Part shown: one piece after another, positions 1 through 10,690 of the stretch | Layout: each line of letters begins with the position of its first letter | How positions within the stretch are numbered: the first letter of the stretch is position 1 | NCBI GenBank assembly: GCA_051362555.1 | Contig: CM120645.1 | Coordinates: forward strand, 22,692,001 to 22,756,000 | Source of the DNA: Lingula anatina | Lineage: Eukaryota > Animalia > Brachiopoda | Reading direction: 5' to 3' | DNA length: 64,000 bases | The notes under the pieces: generated by a model | The model's input: only the letters and a program-made list of their open reading frames with translations | The model's database searches: none | What the model was told of the DNA's origin: nothing | Position numbers and translations under genes: made by a program

Positions 1-604
1 TACTAGTGGCTGACTGCGCGCTTTCCTGTTATCGGTCCGATAATGATTTTATGCAACGTCAGATTTTACGTTATTTGTATATTATAACGACAGGTAATTT
101 TTCACCATTATAATGAACACACAAAACCTCGAAAAATTGGATTAATTTACGCCTTCCCCTCGATCTTTAAAGGTGACACATTCTGCAGGGCCGGATACGA
201 AAGCGCAAGATCTATATAGACATTTGCAGTAGGCCTATTTGTCTACATACATTTTGATCATTTTAGGGATCCAGGACAGAAGTCAGGTTTAATGAACTGG
301 GTAGGCCTATACTGATGTCAAGTTTTTCTTGTACAGTACAGGGGGTTCCCGAAATAAAAAACGAGAAAAGAAACAAAGAAAAGAAAAAAGTCAAAAACAG
401 TAACACCAAATCCTTAATTTAAATCAACATTACTTTTCACTCCAGCATTTAAAATACGTTTCAGATATCGAAATCACATATGATCTTAACTTAATACAGG
501 TAATGTTTATTTCAAGTTATAAACTTTGGATGAGTTAATTGGATGGCTTATTTGCAAGTGTACATGTACATCACATGTATGTAGTACAGTATATGTGGGT
601 ATAT

Positions 605-773
605 CAGGCCCGTAGCCAGGGGGGGTTCGGGGGGTTCGAAAGAACCGCCCCTTTTGGTGGGAAAAGGTCCACTCTGGGTAAAATTTGATCTAGGTACATA
701 AAGTTTTTTATGGAAAAAGGTCCACTTTTTCAGAAAAAGAACCCCCCTTTTGAAATTGCTGGCTACGGGCCTG
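605..773. mobile_element. MITE, CAGG-ended, 15-bp TIRs, putative 5-bp TSD (hAT5-like)
   Basis: caggcccgtagccag ... ctggctacgggcctg perfect inverted termini; TATAT on both flanks; a diverged copy of the family lies in opposite orientation at 29010-29180. Confidence 0.75.
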
Positions 774-1140
774 TATATTGTCCTAATATTACAACAGAAT
801 GTTTCCAGTTCCATGTAGATCACTATTCTACATATGCATGATAACACATGCACTGGTAGGCCTACATGTACATTGTATGATACATACAACCGAGTCGACG
901 CAGCATTTACCTGTAATTCACCCAAGATTCCCCAGTGGTCAAAATGGCAAAATTTGATCATACATGTAATTAACCTTTAAAGCACTTCCTTACTTACATG
1001 TACATGTAGTAGTAAAAATAGTCTTTTGTCACGAACTGCAGAATACTGTACCTCACATGAAAAAATTTAATGGACCATCCCTACTTCTTTTCTAAAGAAA
1101 GGAATGAGTTTTAGTACCAGTGCATTAAAAAATAACGTGT

Positions 1141-1382
1141 AACAAGAAAAGCACTCCGAGAGCGCAGACCTCCGCCAAGGCAGCAATTTTTTATTATTAT
1201 TGATTGATTATTGATCCGGATCACCACCAAAAACTAATCATCTCTTCCTTGGTCCACTTCTGATAGTTCCTGAATATTTAATCAAAATCGGTCCATAACT
1301 TTTTGAGTTATGTTGATAACAGACAAACAAACAGACAGACAGGGGTGAAAACATTGATAACCCTCCTTGGCGGAGGTAATAA
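1141..1382 (-). mobile_element. Non-autonomous Helentron-derived element (HINE/DINE-1/pearl-like)
   Basis: Subterminal inverted repeats acctccgccaagg / ccttggcggaggt, (acag)n microsatellite core, short terminal hairpin gcactc-cga-gagcgc, T-rich ends on the minus strand. Confidence 0.75.
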
Positions 1383-1562
1383 AAGTGATCAAAAAAGGCA
1401 ACAGTTTGTATAAGTCCATTCAACTTATCAAGAAAAGATGAAACATAACTATTGAACCACATGCAGTTTAAAATGCTATTTGCATGATGTATAAGTATAA
1501 AAGACTAAGTGCCAGTGGCCTTATTAGAGGCCGAATGAAAGTGACATTTCGTGCCACTTCCA

Positions 1563-1624
1563 AGCACTAGATCATGGACGGCAGCGGGACGGAAGTGAGA
1601 AATCCAACATGGCGGCCCCTAGCG
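1563..1624 (+). repeat. Left TIR containing ETS-like (CGGAAGTG) and YY1-like (AACATGGCGG) motifs and an ATG at 1609
   Basis: Direct sequence comparison with the right TIR. Confidence 0.85.
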
Positions 1625-1787
1625 ACGAGTTGCTAAGGCTGATAGTCGAATGTTGTAGTGCCGATCAAAACACAGTTCAATTGTTTTTTTTTTTTTTTTT
1701 TAATCGTATAATAACTTGGAATATAGCATATAATTTTTATTTACTTTTTAATTTATCTTTTTATTTTTTAATCGTATTATACCTAGG

Positions 1788-2362
1788 ATTTTGTAAACTT
1801 TGCGATTTGAATAAAGTAGATGAGTTCCACCTCCTGCTAGAGTGCAAAGCATATGATTCAACATGTTATCCCTTCAGAGGGCAGCTGTCAGATTTCCTAC
1901 CCCTAGGCGACTTCAGCTTTAATGAACTGTTTAATTTTCTTATAGGTGCTCAAGACTTAAATATTCTTAGAATGGTTATGCGTTTTGTAAATACTGTAGA
2001 TGCTTCCAACAAAGGGAACAAACCACATTGTACTCTTTTCAGTGTATGTATTTAAATTCATCGCCTGTAGATTATCATTACACATTTTATATATATCACT
2101 TTATAAACTCATTTATTAGTATTATTATACATTTACCTAATTGGGTCTAAATGCGTTTCCACGTCCTGCAAATTTACGTATCTGTAGCTGGAGTTGTCTG
2201 TTTTACCTCTATGATTGTACTTCGGCCCTTTTTTAAACACGTATTCATCTATATCGCATCAAAATCATGTATATTTATTCATTTACTTGTTTTTACTCTG
2301 CTATAGTTAGATGTACTGTCTTTGATTGTACCTTATTTGTGAAGGTGTATCAATAAAGAATC
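1788..2362 (+). mobile_element. 5'-truncated copy of the RTEX-like LINE (ORF2 C-terminus plus 3' UTR)
   Basis: Aligns to ~46462-46943 (CKLCD..DEFHLLLEC, then 3' UTR ending caataaagaatc); flanked by CCTAGG at 1782-1787 and 2363-2368. Confidence 0.9.
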
Positions 2363-3207
2363 CCTAGGGATATAGCATACACGTATATTTTCCTAGATAT
2401 TTTACTGTAAAACTACATCCTATAAAAATATTCACTGAAATATCAAGTGATGCATTTTTTAAATTCCATGAGTATATATTATGGGCGTGCCTTGGTATGT
2501 CCATATACAAACATGGGCATCGCATGCAGGACATTTCACAAGAATGTAATTTTACCACCCTCATTTGCATATGAGATCACGTGAGATGCACAAAGCTTCC
2601 CAGAGGTCAATGTACAGTTTACTTCTGGAAGTCATCGGACGCGAGTTTTTAGCTGCAAGAAAATCTTCATTCTGATTTATATTTTGGACTATATTTTGGA
2701 CTATATTACAATAGAGAGATAGCAAGCAACTTGCTACCATCTCTGATTACTTTGTTTTACTACCTTTCGAGCGGTAGATTACGTTCCCACACGCTGTTCC
2801 AATCAAGAAGTTATAATGAGAAGGAGTAGAAACGGGACATCAATTATCTCTCTCGTCCAATCAGATCGCAGCATTCTTTTCAAAGCGGCGTCCTTTGAAA
2901 TTCGATCCTCGTAACTGGTCTAATCCTCCGCTCGCCTCCGCGTGACTCAAGACGGAGAAGCTGAACCAGTGCGTATACGTCTTGATTTATTCATGTTTAA
3001 TGCGAATATTTGGAAGTTATACTTAGAAAAACGCCAAGTCGAGCGATATAAAGGTGAGTGAGAGTTGATAATCTGCTTTGAGCATTGTTTTATGTTCATA
3101 CGGTGGCTGTCAGTCAAATTTGTCAGTGCAGAAAGCAGCGTTAGCTCGAAGATCTGAGGCCGATTCAGCGGGACCTCCATGTTTAGGACTTTTTTCTTCT
3201 TAAGTGC

Positions 3208-3795
3208 GTGATGTATGCACATAATTTATGTTTTTCTGGTTAGTTAAGCACGTGCATCATTACAATACATTCCTTTGGTATTAAATGAGTCAATCCTTTA
3301 GATGAAAAACATCGTTTCAAATAGACAACTTTTCATCCGACTTTTTCAAAATGGCGGGTCCCTAAATTGGTTAGAGACAGTTGGGTGACAGTTTGGGACA
3401 ATTTTTGGTAATTTTAACGTGGTGTATGCAGATAATTTATGTTTTTCTGGTTAGTTGAGCACGTGCACCATTACAATACATCATAGTGATATTAAATGAG
3501 TCAATCCTTTAGATGAAAAACATCGTTTCAAATAGACAACTTTTCATCCGACTTTTTCAAAATGGCGGGTCCCTAAATTGGTTAGAGACAGTTGGGTGAC
3601 AGTTTGGGACAATTTTTGCTAATTTTAACGTGGTGTAAGCACATAATTTATGTTTTTCTGGTTAGTTAAGCACGTGCACCATTACAATATAACATTGTGA
3701 TATTAAATGAATCAATCCTTTAGACGAAAAACATCATTTCAAATAAACCACTTTTCATGGGACTTTTTTAAAATGGTGGGTCCAAAATTTGATGA
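3208..3795. repeat. Tandem repeat, 211-bp unit, ~2.8 copies
   Basis: Units start at 3208, 3419 and 3630 (gtg.tgta.gcacataatttatgtttttctggttag...); the third is diverged. Confidence 0.9.
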
Positions 3796-5134
3796 CAGGG
3801 AACTCTCGGAATTTTTTTCAATTTTTCATTGCAATATGATGTTTGCAGAGTTTCGTTTAGGATATAGAGTTATATTTTGTAATGAATTCTGCACTTACTC
3901 ATTTCAGGTTGAAGAGAATGCAGGTGAAAGATCTTTAGTTTTGCTGGCAGATGTACATGTTGCCATAATTGAACAGTCAAATTGATTGTTTCCAGCAGCA
4001 ACTTGATGAGGCACAAGGCTCTGTTTTCTTACCACCACTAATATTAAACTATAGTGCACAAGAGGTGCATGTTTTAAAAGGGAATTTAGTGGTCCAAGTT
4101 TTAAAAGGGAATTTAGTGTTCACTGGCTAATTGTCTAAAGTATAAAATAAAATAATCACCACATCAAAATAAAAACTAACCATTTTTGTATTGCTTTAAT
4201 CACTGTTGGGTGTAACAATATTGATATATTTTCATTGCTGGTACTTTGTTTTAGATATTATACAAGTTGCTCGAATGTTGAAATAAAGCAATATCAATCA
4301 ATAAAAATATTTCTTTGTTTTTTTCTTCTAATGAATTTAAACTATCAGTCTACTATTAGTTGGCCTCATGTAATAGACAAAGATATAAACAAAAATATGT
4401 ATTAATGAAATTTTATTTAGAATCATACTAAGTGCAATAACTTATTTACATTTCCCCAATTTTCCTGTTTAAGCTCTACCTGGTATATAAGCAATAATGT
4501 GCCAAAAAAGAAAGAAACGAGGCTGGCATACGGAAATTGCAAGTACTACTGTTTTGTGTACACGGCTGTGAATTGAATGTGTCATTCCTAGATGAAGGTA
4601 AATTTCCTTTACACGCCTTTACACGACAAAAATAATTTAAAATAAATATGAGACTTCTACAGGTGCAAATTTTAGCGTTGAAGGTGGGTTTGTGAAATTG
4701 TTCTCATACATTCTTGATGTGAAACTAAATTTTGTATAACTGATCGGCTCTAGATCAAATGAAGGTGTATCTCGCATAATTTGAGTTTTATTTCCCGAAA
4801 TGGTTGCGTCCAGGCTTGAAATATCTCTCTACACCTTTCTGTAATCCCACCATGTTTTCTCTGTGAGATTATTAGAGACTTCGCGAGGCTTTATCCCAAT
4901 TGGCTGAAGCAACCCACGTGAATGGTCTTTTGAATATGTATTAGGCACAAGCTCTCCCTAAGACCACAAGCTGGGTAATTGTTAGGATTAAGCCCGTTAC
5001 GAGGATGGGATGAAAGGAAACCCCTTGTTTCTACTCCTTCTCATTATAACTTCTTGTTCCAATTCAGTGTTCGTGGTGAACAGCGGAGAACAGCTTTTAG
5101 ACAAAGGGACCATAAGTACATGTAGGTCACCGCC

Positions 5135-6379
5135 ATGGCTGAATCTACATCAGCAACTGATGTGGTCAGTTCAATAATAGAGGACATGGATAAGACGCGC
5201 TCAAGAAGCAAATTAGAGAAAGCGAGCGGCAGTAAATCTGCCAGTGGAAAGAGGGATGGCGGCAAGAAGCAGAAAGATAAAGATCGCCAAACACCACTGC
5301 TCGCTACTGGTACGGCAAAGATGGGGACGACCACTAGGTCCCAAGACAGGGCCGTCTCCGATACTGGAGCAACAAAACCTAAAGAGGTTATTTTTTCTCT
5401 TAAAGAGCTTGAGAACTCAGGCCCCGCCTCAGATGAGGTCGGTTACAGCGGTGGTTCACACAAAGATGGCGCCGAAAATACATGTCAGACGCGGGAGTTA
5501 CAGGCGCAGATAGACACGCTGACAAAAGCGGTGTCCACAATTTTGCCAGTGGTGCAAAGAATAAGTGCAAACATGGGTGCACATGATTCCTCGTACGAGG
5601 ATGATAATATACACGTCGAAGATGAAGACGATCTCGACGAGTCACGTGACCACACAACAGCGGGAAATGAAGCCACAGCTGGCAACGACTTGCTGGCTCT
5701 GCTCTCACAGTCGCTTAAAACGAAAGAAGCATGCGGCTCGGCTGTAGACGCGGAATTGGCAGAGAAAATCAACACTATGATGTCAACTGGTATTTCTGAC
5801 CAGCGGCTGACCGAAGTGAAGGAGAAATACTTAAGACCGGATAACTGCCAGCATTTGGTTGTGCCGCAATGTCAGCGAGAGGTTTGGACTGGCGCAGGTG
5901 AGATCCTACGTAACCGAGATTTGAAATTACAGAGAGTGCAGGGGCCTCTCGTGAAAGGCATGACATGCCTTACTGAAGTAATGAACAGCCTCATGGGAGC
6001 AGTGAGGGATAAAAATGACATGCCATCTGGACGAGAATTGTTAGAGAAGCTCTCGGACTGTTTATGCCTGCTAGCAGGCTCCAATGCCGAAATTAACTTG
6101 CGTCGGAAAGACGTATGGAAAACAGAAATGCCGGACAACACCAAGGGTCTCTGTGCAGCCTCCAGGCCTGTCACGGATTTCCTTTTTGGTTCTGATTTGT
6201 CAATCGCAGTGAAAGAATTAACAGAAACACATAAAATGACAACCCAATTCAAGAGATTTACTCCCTCTTTCAAAAGGTTCAGTCCTTACAATAAGCCCCA
6301 TGCCAACAGACAGGGAAAGCTGACGTCACAGGTTTCCAAGAATCTAAGTACTGATGCCACATCCCAGATAACACAATAA
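5135..6379 (+). CDS. DIRS gag-like ORF1 (C-terminus runs into the inverted YR segment after ~6315)
   Basis: 414-aa ORF between DIRS ITRs; motifs KYLRPDNC..LVVP, DLKLQRVQ, EINLRRK, FLFG typical of DIRS ORF1. Confidence 0.75.
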   Translation: MAESTSATDVVSSIIEDMDKTRSRSKLEKASGSKSASGKRDGGKKQKDKDRQTPLLATGTAKMGTTTRSQDRAVSDTGATKPKEVIFSLKELENSGPASDEVGYSGGSHKDGAENTCQTRELQAQIDTLTKAVSTILPVVQRISANMGAHDSSYEDDNIHVEDEDDLDESRDHTTAGNEATAGNDLLALLSQSLKTKEACGSAVDAELAEKINTMMSTGISDQRLTEVKEKYLRPDNCQHLVVPQCQREVWTGAGEILRNRDLKLQRVQGPLVKGMTCLTEVMNSLMGAVRDKNDMPSGRELLEKLSDCLCLLAGSNAEINLRRKDVWKTEMPDNTKGLCAASRPVTDFLFGSDLSIAVKELTETHKMTTQFKRFTPSFKRFSPYNKPHANRQGKLTSQVSKNLSTDATSQITQ

Positions 6380-6679
6380 CGCGGTAAACTAAGTCTACTT
6401 TCAAACACACCTTTCATAAATCTAATAACCAATGGGTGTGTGCCAACAGGCTTACCCTCAAAAAACATAAATGTGGAGAGTGCTGACCTTGCGGTGTTAA
6501 GTGCGCTATATCCACCGCCGTCATTAAACAGCTCAGCTAAAAAATCCAATACATCTGCAATATTATGGTTATCAACGTCTATGCTATTCTTTCTGGAATA
6601 ATTAATCCATTTAGTGAGGTAAACATTATATTGTTTCTTGGTGCCAATTCTCCAAGAATTCATAATTATATGTTGTGCT
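6316..6679 (-). pseudogene. Inverted N-terminal (SAM-like) half of DIRS tyrosine recombinase
   Basis: SWRIGTKKQY..YLTKW, FLAELF, YSALNTARSALS, GTHPLVIRFMKG, PRY..IWDV on the strand opposite to the rest of the element. Confidence 0.85.
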
Positions 6680-7149
6680 ATTGAATGCATGACTATACGG
6701 GAAGATGAGGTCATTTTTAGTCTAGGAAAATTGATAAAACAATCGGTGCCTGGCAAACAGCAGCCTGAAATTGTTATTCCACGCATTACAGACAACGTGA
6801 AGTTGTGTGCTATGTCTGCTCTTTTGCATTACTTGGATAAAACCAAGGGTTATAGGAAATCTTCAAACTCGTTTTTAAGCTTAGTAAAGCCGTATCAACC
6901 AGTCACTAAAAGTACTATATCTAGATGGATAAAAGATGTACTGTCTTTGTCAGGAATTGACACAACACAATTTTCAGCTCACAGTACAAGAGCTGCAGCG
7001 GCAAGTAAAGCCAAGATTATAAATGTGTCCCACTTGAAACTATTATGAAAACTGCAGGTTGGAGCAATTGTGGGACTTTTGGGAAATTCTATAGCAAAGA
7101 CATTGTAGACTCTCATGTAATTTCATTTGCTAAAACTATTATGAAGTAG
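6680..7149 (+). pseudogene. C-terminal catalytic half of DIRS tyrosine recombinase (frameshift near 7030)
   Basis: TISRWIK, FSAHSTRAAAAS (HxxR), then in another frame TAGWSN..TFGKFY; segment with the first catalytic Arg is missing. Confidence 0.85.
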
Positions 7150-7606
7150 TTACTATAATAAACAATATATGCTAATCCATCTGGATTGTTCATGATCTGT
7201 TCACTGTTTATGCTCATAGCCAGGTGAACTTTAAAATCTCACGTGATCTCATATGCAAATGAGGGTGGTAGAATTAAAAAATTAAACGAGACTTACCTGT
7301 AAGGTGAAGTTTGATTGTAATTCTACCACCCGAAAGTTGCATATAGAGATAACGTGCCCTGCCCTCCCCTCCCTTATCTCTATTGCAACTTTCGCATTAT
7401 TCATATAACATAACAGTTCTCTCCAGACCACATCTATTCACCTGGCCATTGGCGTTCAATTTTGACCTCTGGGAAGCTTTGTGCATCTCACGTTATCTCT
7501 ATATGCAACTTTCGGGTGGTAGAATTACAATCAAACTTCACCTTACAGGTAAGTCTCGTTTAATTTTTTTTAATTTTTGATGATAGCTGCCGTCAGTAGC
7601 CAACCG

Positions 7607-8831
7607 CTACCCGGGTATTTGTTGCTCTGCTTGCAGTTTCTTGAGTTTTCTTTTACAATCACCACAAGTATAGGAGTTATTGGTGACTAGCGTAGCAGCA
7701 GACTTGGCATCTATTCTTATACACATGTAATGATAGAAGTTATAACAGTTGGTACATCTTATCACTGGTGCCCCAGGACGGTGGGTCAAACACTTAATTA
7801 CAGTACACACTTATGGTATGAACCATTTCTTGTGCACTATGTCTCCGAGTTGAGGGTCTTTCACAGGGAAATAAAGTCAGTTTCTGACTCTCATTAAAGC
7901 ACTTCAAAAGGTGAGACCTCATCTCTAACTGGACCCAAGTAACATTCTTAGGATTGTCACCTAAGAGAAGAGCTGTGGCATTGGCAATAGCAAACAGTCC
8001 ACAGTCAGATTGCCCTATCTGCATTTGTGGGCAAACAACTTTGACAGTAAGAAGACCATCATGGTTTGAATATAATTTGTATAGGGGCACAAGCTGCTGG
8101 CGGAGGGAAAAATTGATATTGGTTGACAGAGACTCGTAAACTGTAATGCATCCACCTATAGATGAAGACACAATTTAACCCAGTGTTGACCAATGTGGTG
8201 GCACTGTACGGCCTCTGCTTCTGCAGGTTGGGTAGGAAAGATATTGGTATGTGACATCATTAATGTGCTATTTAAGCCTGCAACTCCAAATGCCAGATAT
8301 TCTCCATTTTTTCTTCTGCAATGGAAATGGGAACTTTGAAGGATTTCTTCATTTCTTCTGCCTTCTTCCCAACTCTGTTTGTGAATTTATTACTTTTCTT
8401 TCCAAAGGTTCTTCTTGGAATTGCTGCATACTTTCTCTTAATGGCAATAGCAGCTTTTTTCTTTTAAGGGGTTCTGTTCTTCCTTGGTAGCTTGTTCAGA
8501 GTTGGTACATGTCCTCCCAGTTCTTCTAACAATGCCTGGAATCTCACTTCATACTCAGCAAGGACATCTTCATCTTGTATGAGGTATATTTGATCAATCA
8601 TTGACTTCAAATATGAAAGGCACTTCTCTCTCATACTAGCAGAACGTGATTTCCTTTTACGACTTGGGAGGTCTTTGAAGACTTTCTTTGGAGATTGACT
8701 ATCAATAGGAGCACTGGATGTTGTCTCGTCTGCACACTTTTCTTTTTCTACATCAAAAGGTTGGTCAGAGAGAGGACTTCCACCACTAGCTGCAGTTTCT
8801 GGCTGATGTACATAACTGGCAAATTTGCAGC
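7607..8831 (-). pseudogene. Decayed terminal exon of the TIR-element gene: basic linker, Ulp1/C48-like cysteine protease, PHD finger
   Basis: Putative acceptor tttatttag at ~8832; in-frame stop at 8464; VQCHHIGQHWV ... VYESL ... QMQIGQSDCGLFAIANA (His/acid/Cys triad pattern) and C4-H-C3-like CTNC..FYHYMC..YTCGDC, broken by several frameshifts. Confidence 0.75.
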
Positions 8832-9921
8832 CTAAATAAAAGAGTGATTGATATGGCAATTTATTTGGTTGGAAATATTCAGCCAGAGCTTCAGAGATAG
8901 CTTGAAACATACCTCTATACTACAGCAGATACCCTTGTTGTTTCAAGCTATCTCTGGCAAGAACAGAGAGGACTGCCCGTCAGTCACATAAAAAAACCCT
9001 CCCGCATTGAACGATCTAAACAACTGATGGGAACGAGTCAGTGGACGGTTTGTTCAAATATGAAATAAGTTGTGCAACAAATAAACAAACCCACACATTT
9101 TCATAGGACATATTTCTGGACTTTCAACCAATCAGCTTTTTCTCCAAACCTTGGTGAAAATTGTGAAAACATGGCTTCAATTGGTTAGTTCAAACCAGCT
9201 CAAATCACAATTAGTCAGAGGTAATTTAAAACGACAAGGATGTAGTAGAGAGAAGAGGATAGTTTCAAATGACCTCTGAATCTCAGGGTGTAAATCATTT
9301 ACATATGCAAACATTATATGCAAATGAAGCACCATCACCATTTACAAAGCAAACTAAATAGATATTAAAAAGTATAATATGTAGGCTACAAACACAACAC
9401 CCCACATCTATAAAAGCAGATAAATAACCTAGGAATAATCTTTTGAAATGTCTGACCAAGCATGCTTCGACTTTTACTGATATAGACCATACATATCAAA
9501 AGATTTTTGGAACATAAGTGCCACACTGATATATCTTTAAACATTCACAGCAGGTAGTTCATTAATAAATTACACAACACAATGTATAATATGAAAGGGT
9601 TTACCAAAGATTTAAATACATGTAAATTGTCAGTAAACTACTGTCTTGACTCTGCATTTCCAAAAATGTGCAATGATTTCGTGAGATTAGCCATTATAGC
9701 AAGTGGTGGAGAAGGAAAAGGGATATGAAGGTTAAAATACTATGCATAAGTGATTATTGCCAACACCATTATGATTATGAGAATAGCACAGTAGACAAAA
9801 AATTTACCAGCCGATATTGATAATTCCAGGCACCTCTGAAATATAGAAATGAATGTTATTATTAATCCAACCATAATTGAGATTAGAAAATAAAGAAATC
9901 TAAATCAAGTATTGGATCTTA

Positions 9922-10560
9922 CGCCACACTTTTTTATTTTTATGGATGACATCCTGCGCGCGCACCGATTTTCGTCCGTTCTCCAAAAAAAAAAAAAAAA
10001 AATCCCCCCCCCCCAAGGAAGTCGGTTGTCGCAAACGTCGTTATTGAATTTGCCGGAAAATGCAATCGGCAATCCTCGGCTAATTCCGCAAGCTCCATAC
10101 TGTCATTGTCGACTGCGGAGACATCCGAGTAGTTCCGAGTGCGGAAAATGAGCTTTCTGCGCATGCGTATTATCACCACTTGGAAATATGGCCGCTTTGC
10201 CGTCAAATTCATCTCTAGCATTAATTTCAAAATACACGACAATTAAAGTCATAAAGAGAACGGGGGCCGTCGTTTTGGATTGGTTTGCCATTGATACTGG
10301 ACATGGAGATATCACCCTTTTACAATTTTACGAAAGGCTGGCCGCGGCCAGCGATCATCGCCCGGAAAATTTCAGTGACATTCTGTCCAAAGCAGCACAT
10401 ACCAGGTTTTTTGTAGCGAAAAAAGGGTCGACAAGAGTGTTGTGGTATTTGGTGGACTGAAGGTAATTCGTGAAAGGAGTGCCACGATGTTTCCACCTTG
10501 TCACAAGGTCTTCATTAGGTGAACTGAAGCGAAACTTGTGGCATTTATTTTACATTAAAA
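9922..10560 (+). mobile_element. One end of a GGCCACAC-family DNA element with a short ORF (10188-10460); other end not found
   Basis: cgccacacttttttatttttatggatgacat at 9922 is nearly identical to the reverse complement of the terminus ending at 12412; right boundary uncertain. Confidence 0.45.
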
Positions 10561-10690
10561 CCAGAACTTGATTAAAATTTCTATATTTGCTAACTACTAA
10601 ATATTAAAAAAAATTGAAATAATATCATATTGTGATAATTTTTCTAAGATGTAAATGACAACTTTACTTATTATTATTATTTATACTGAC

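Larger units (their letters stand above)
2547..7570 (+). mobile_element. DIRS1-like tyrosine-recombinase retrotransposon, internally deleted and partly inverted
   Basis: Left ITR 2547-2610, right ITR 7462-7570, and internal complementary region 7236-7356 complementary to both outer ends; gag-like ORF and YR fragments inside; RT/RNase H not found. Confidence 0.9.

Noticed and set aside
548-961. 137-aa ORF
   Set aside because: Spans a MITE; no coding signal
1565-1580. CACTA or ProtoRAG/Transib identity from the CACTAG motif
   Set aside because: The inverted repeat extends beyond CAC, no matching TSD, and no RAG1- or TnpD-like sequence seen
1609-2055. 148-aa ORF as a real protein
   Set aside because: Chimera of TIR-encoded start, AT-rich intron-like sequence and a LINE fragment
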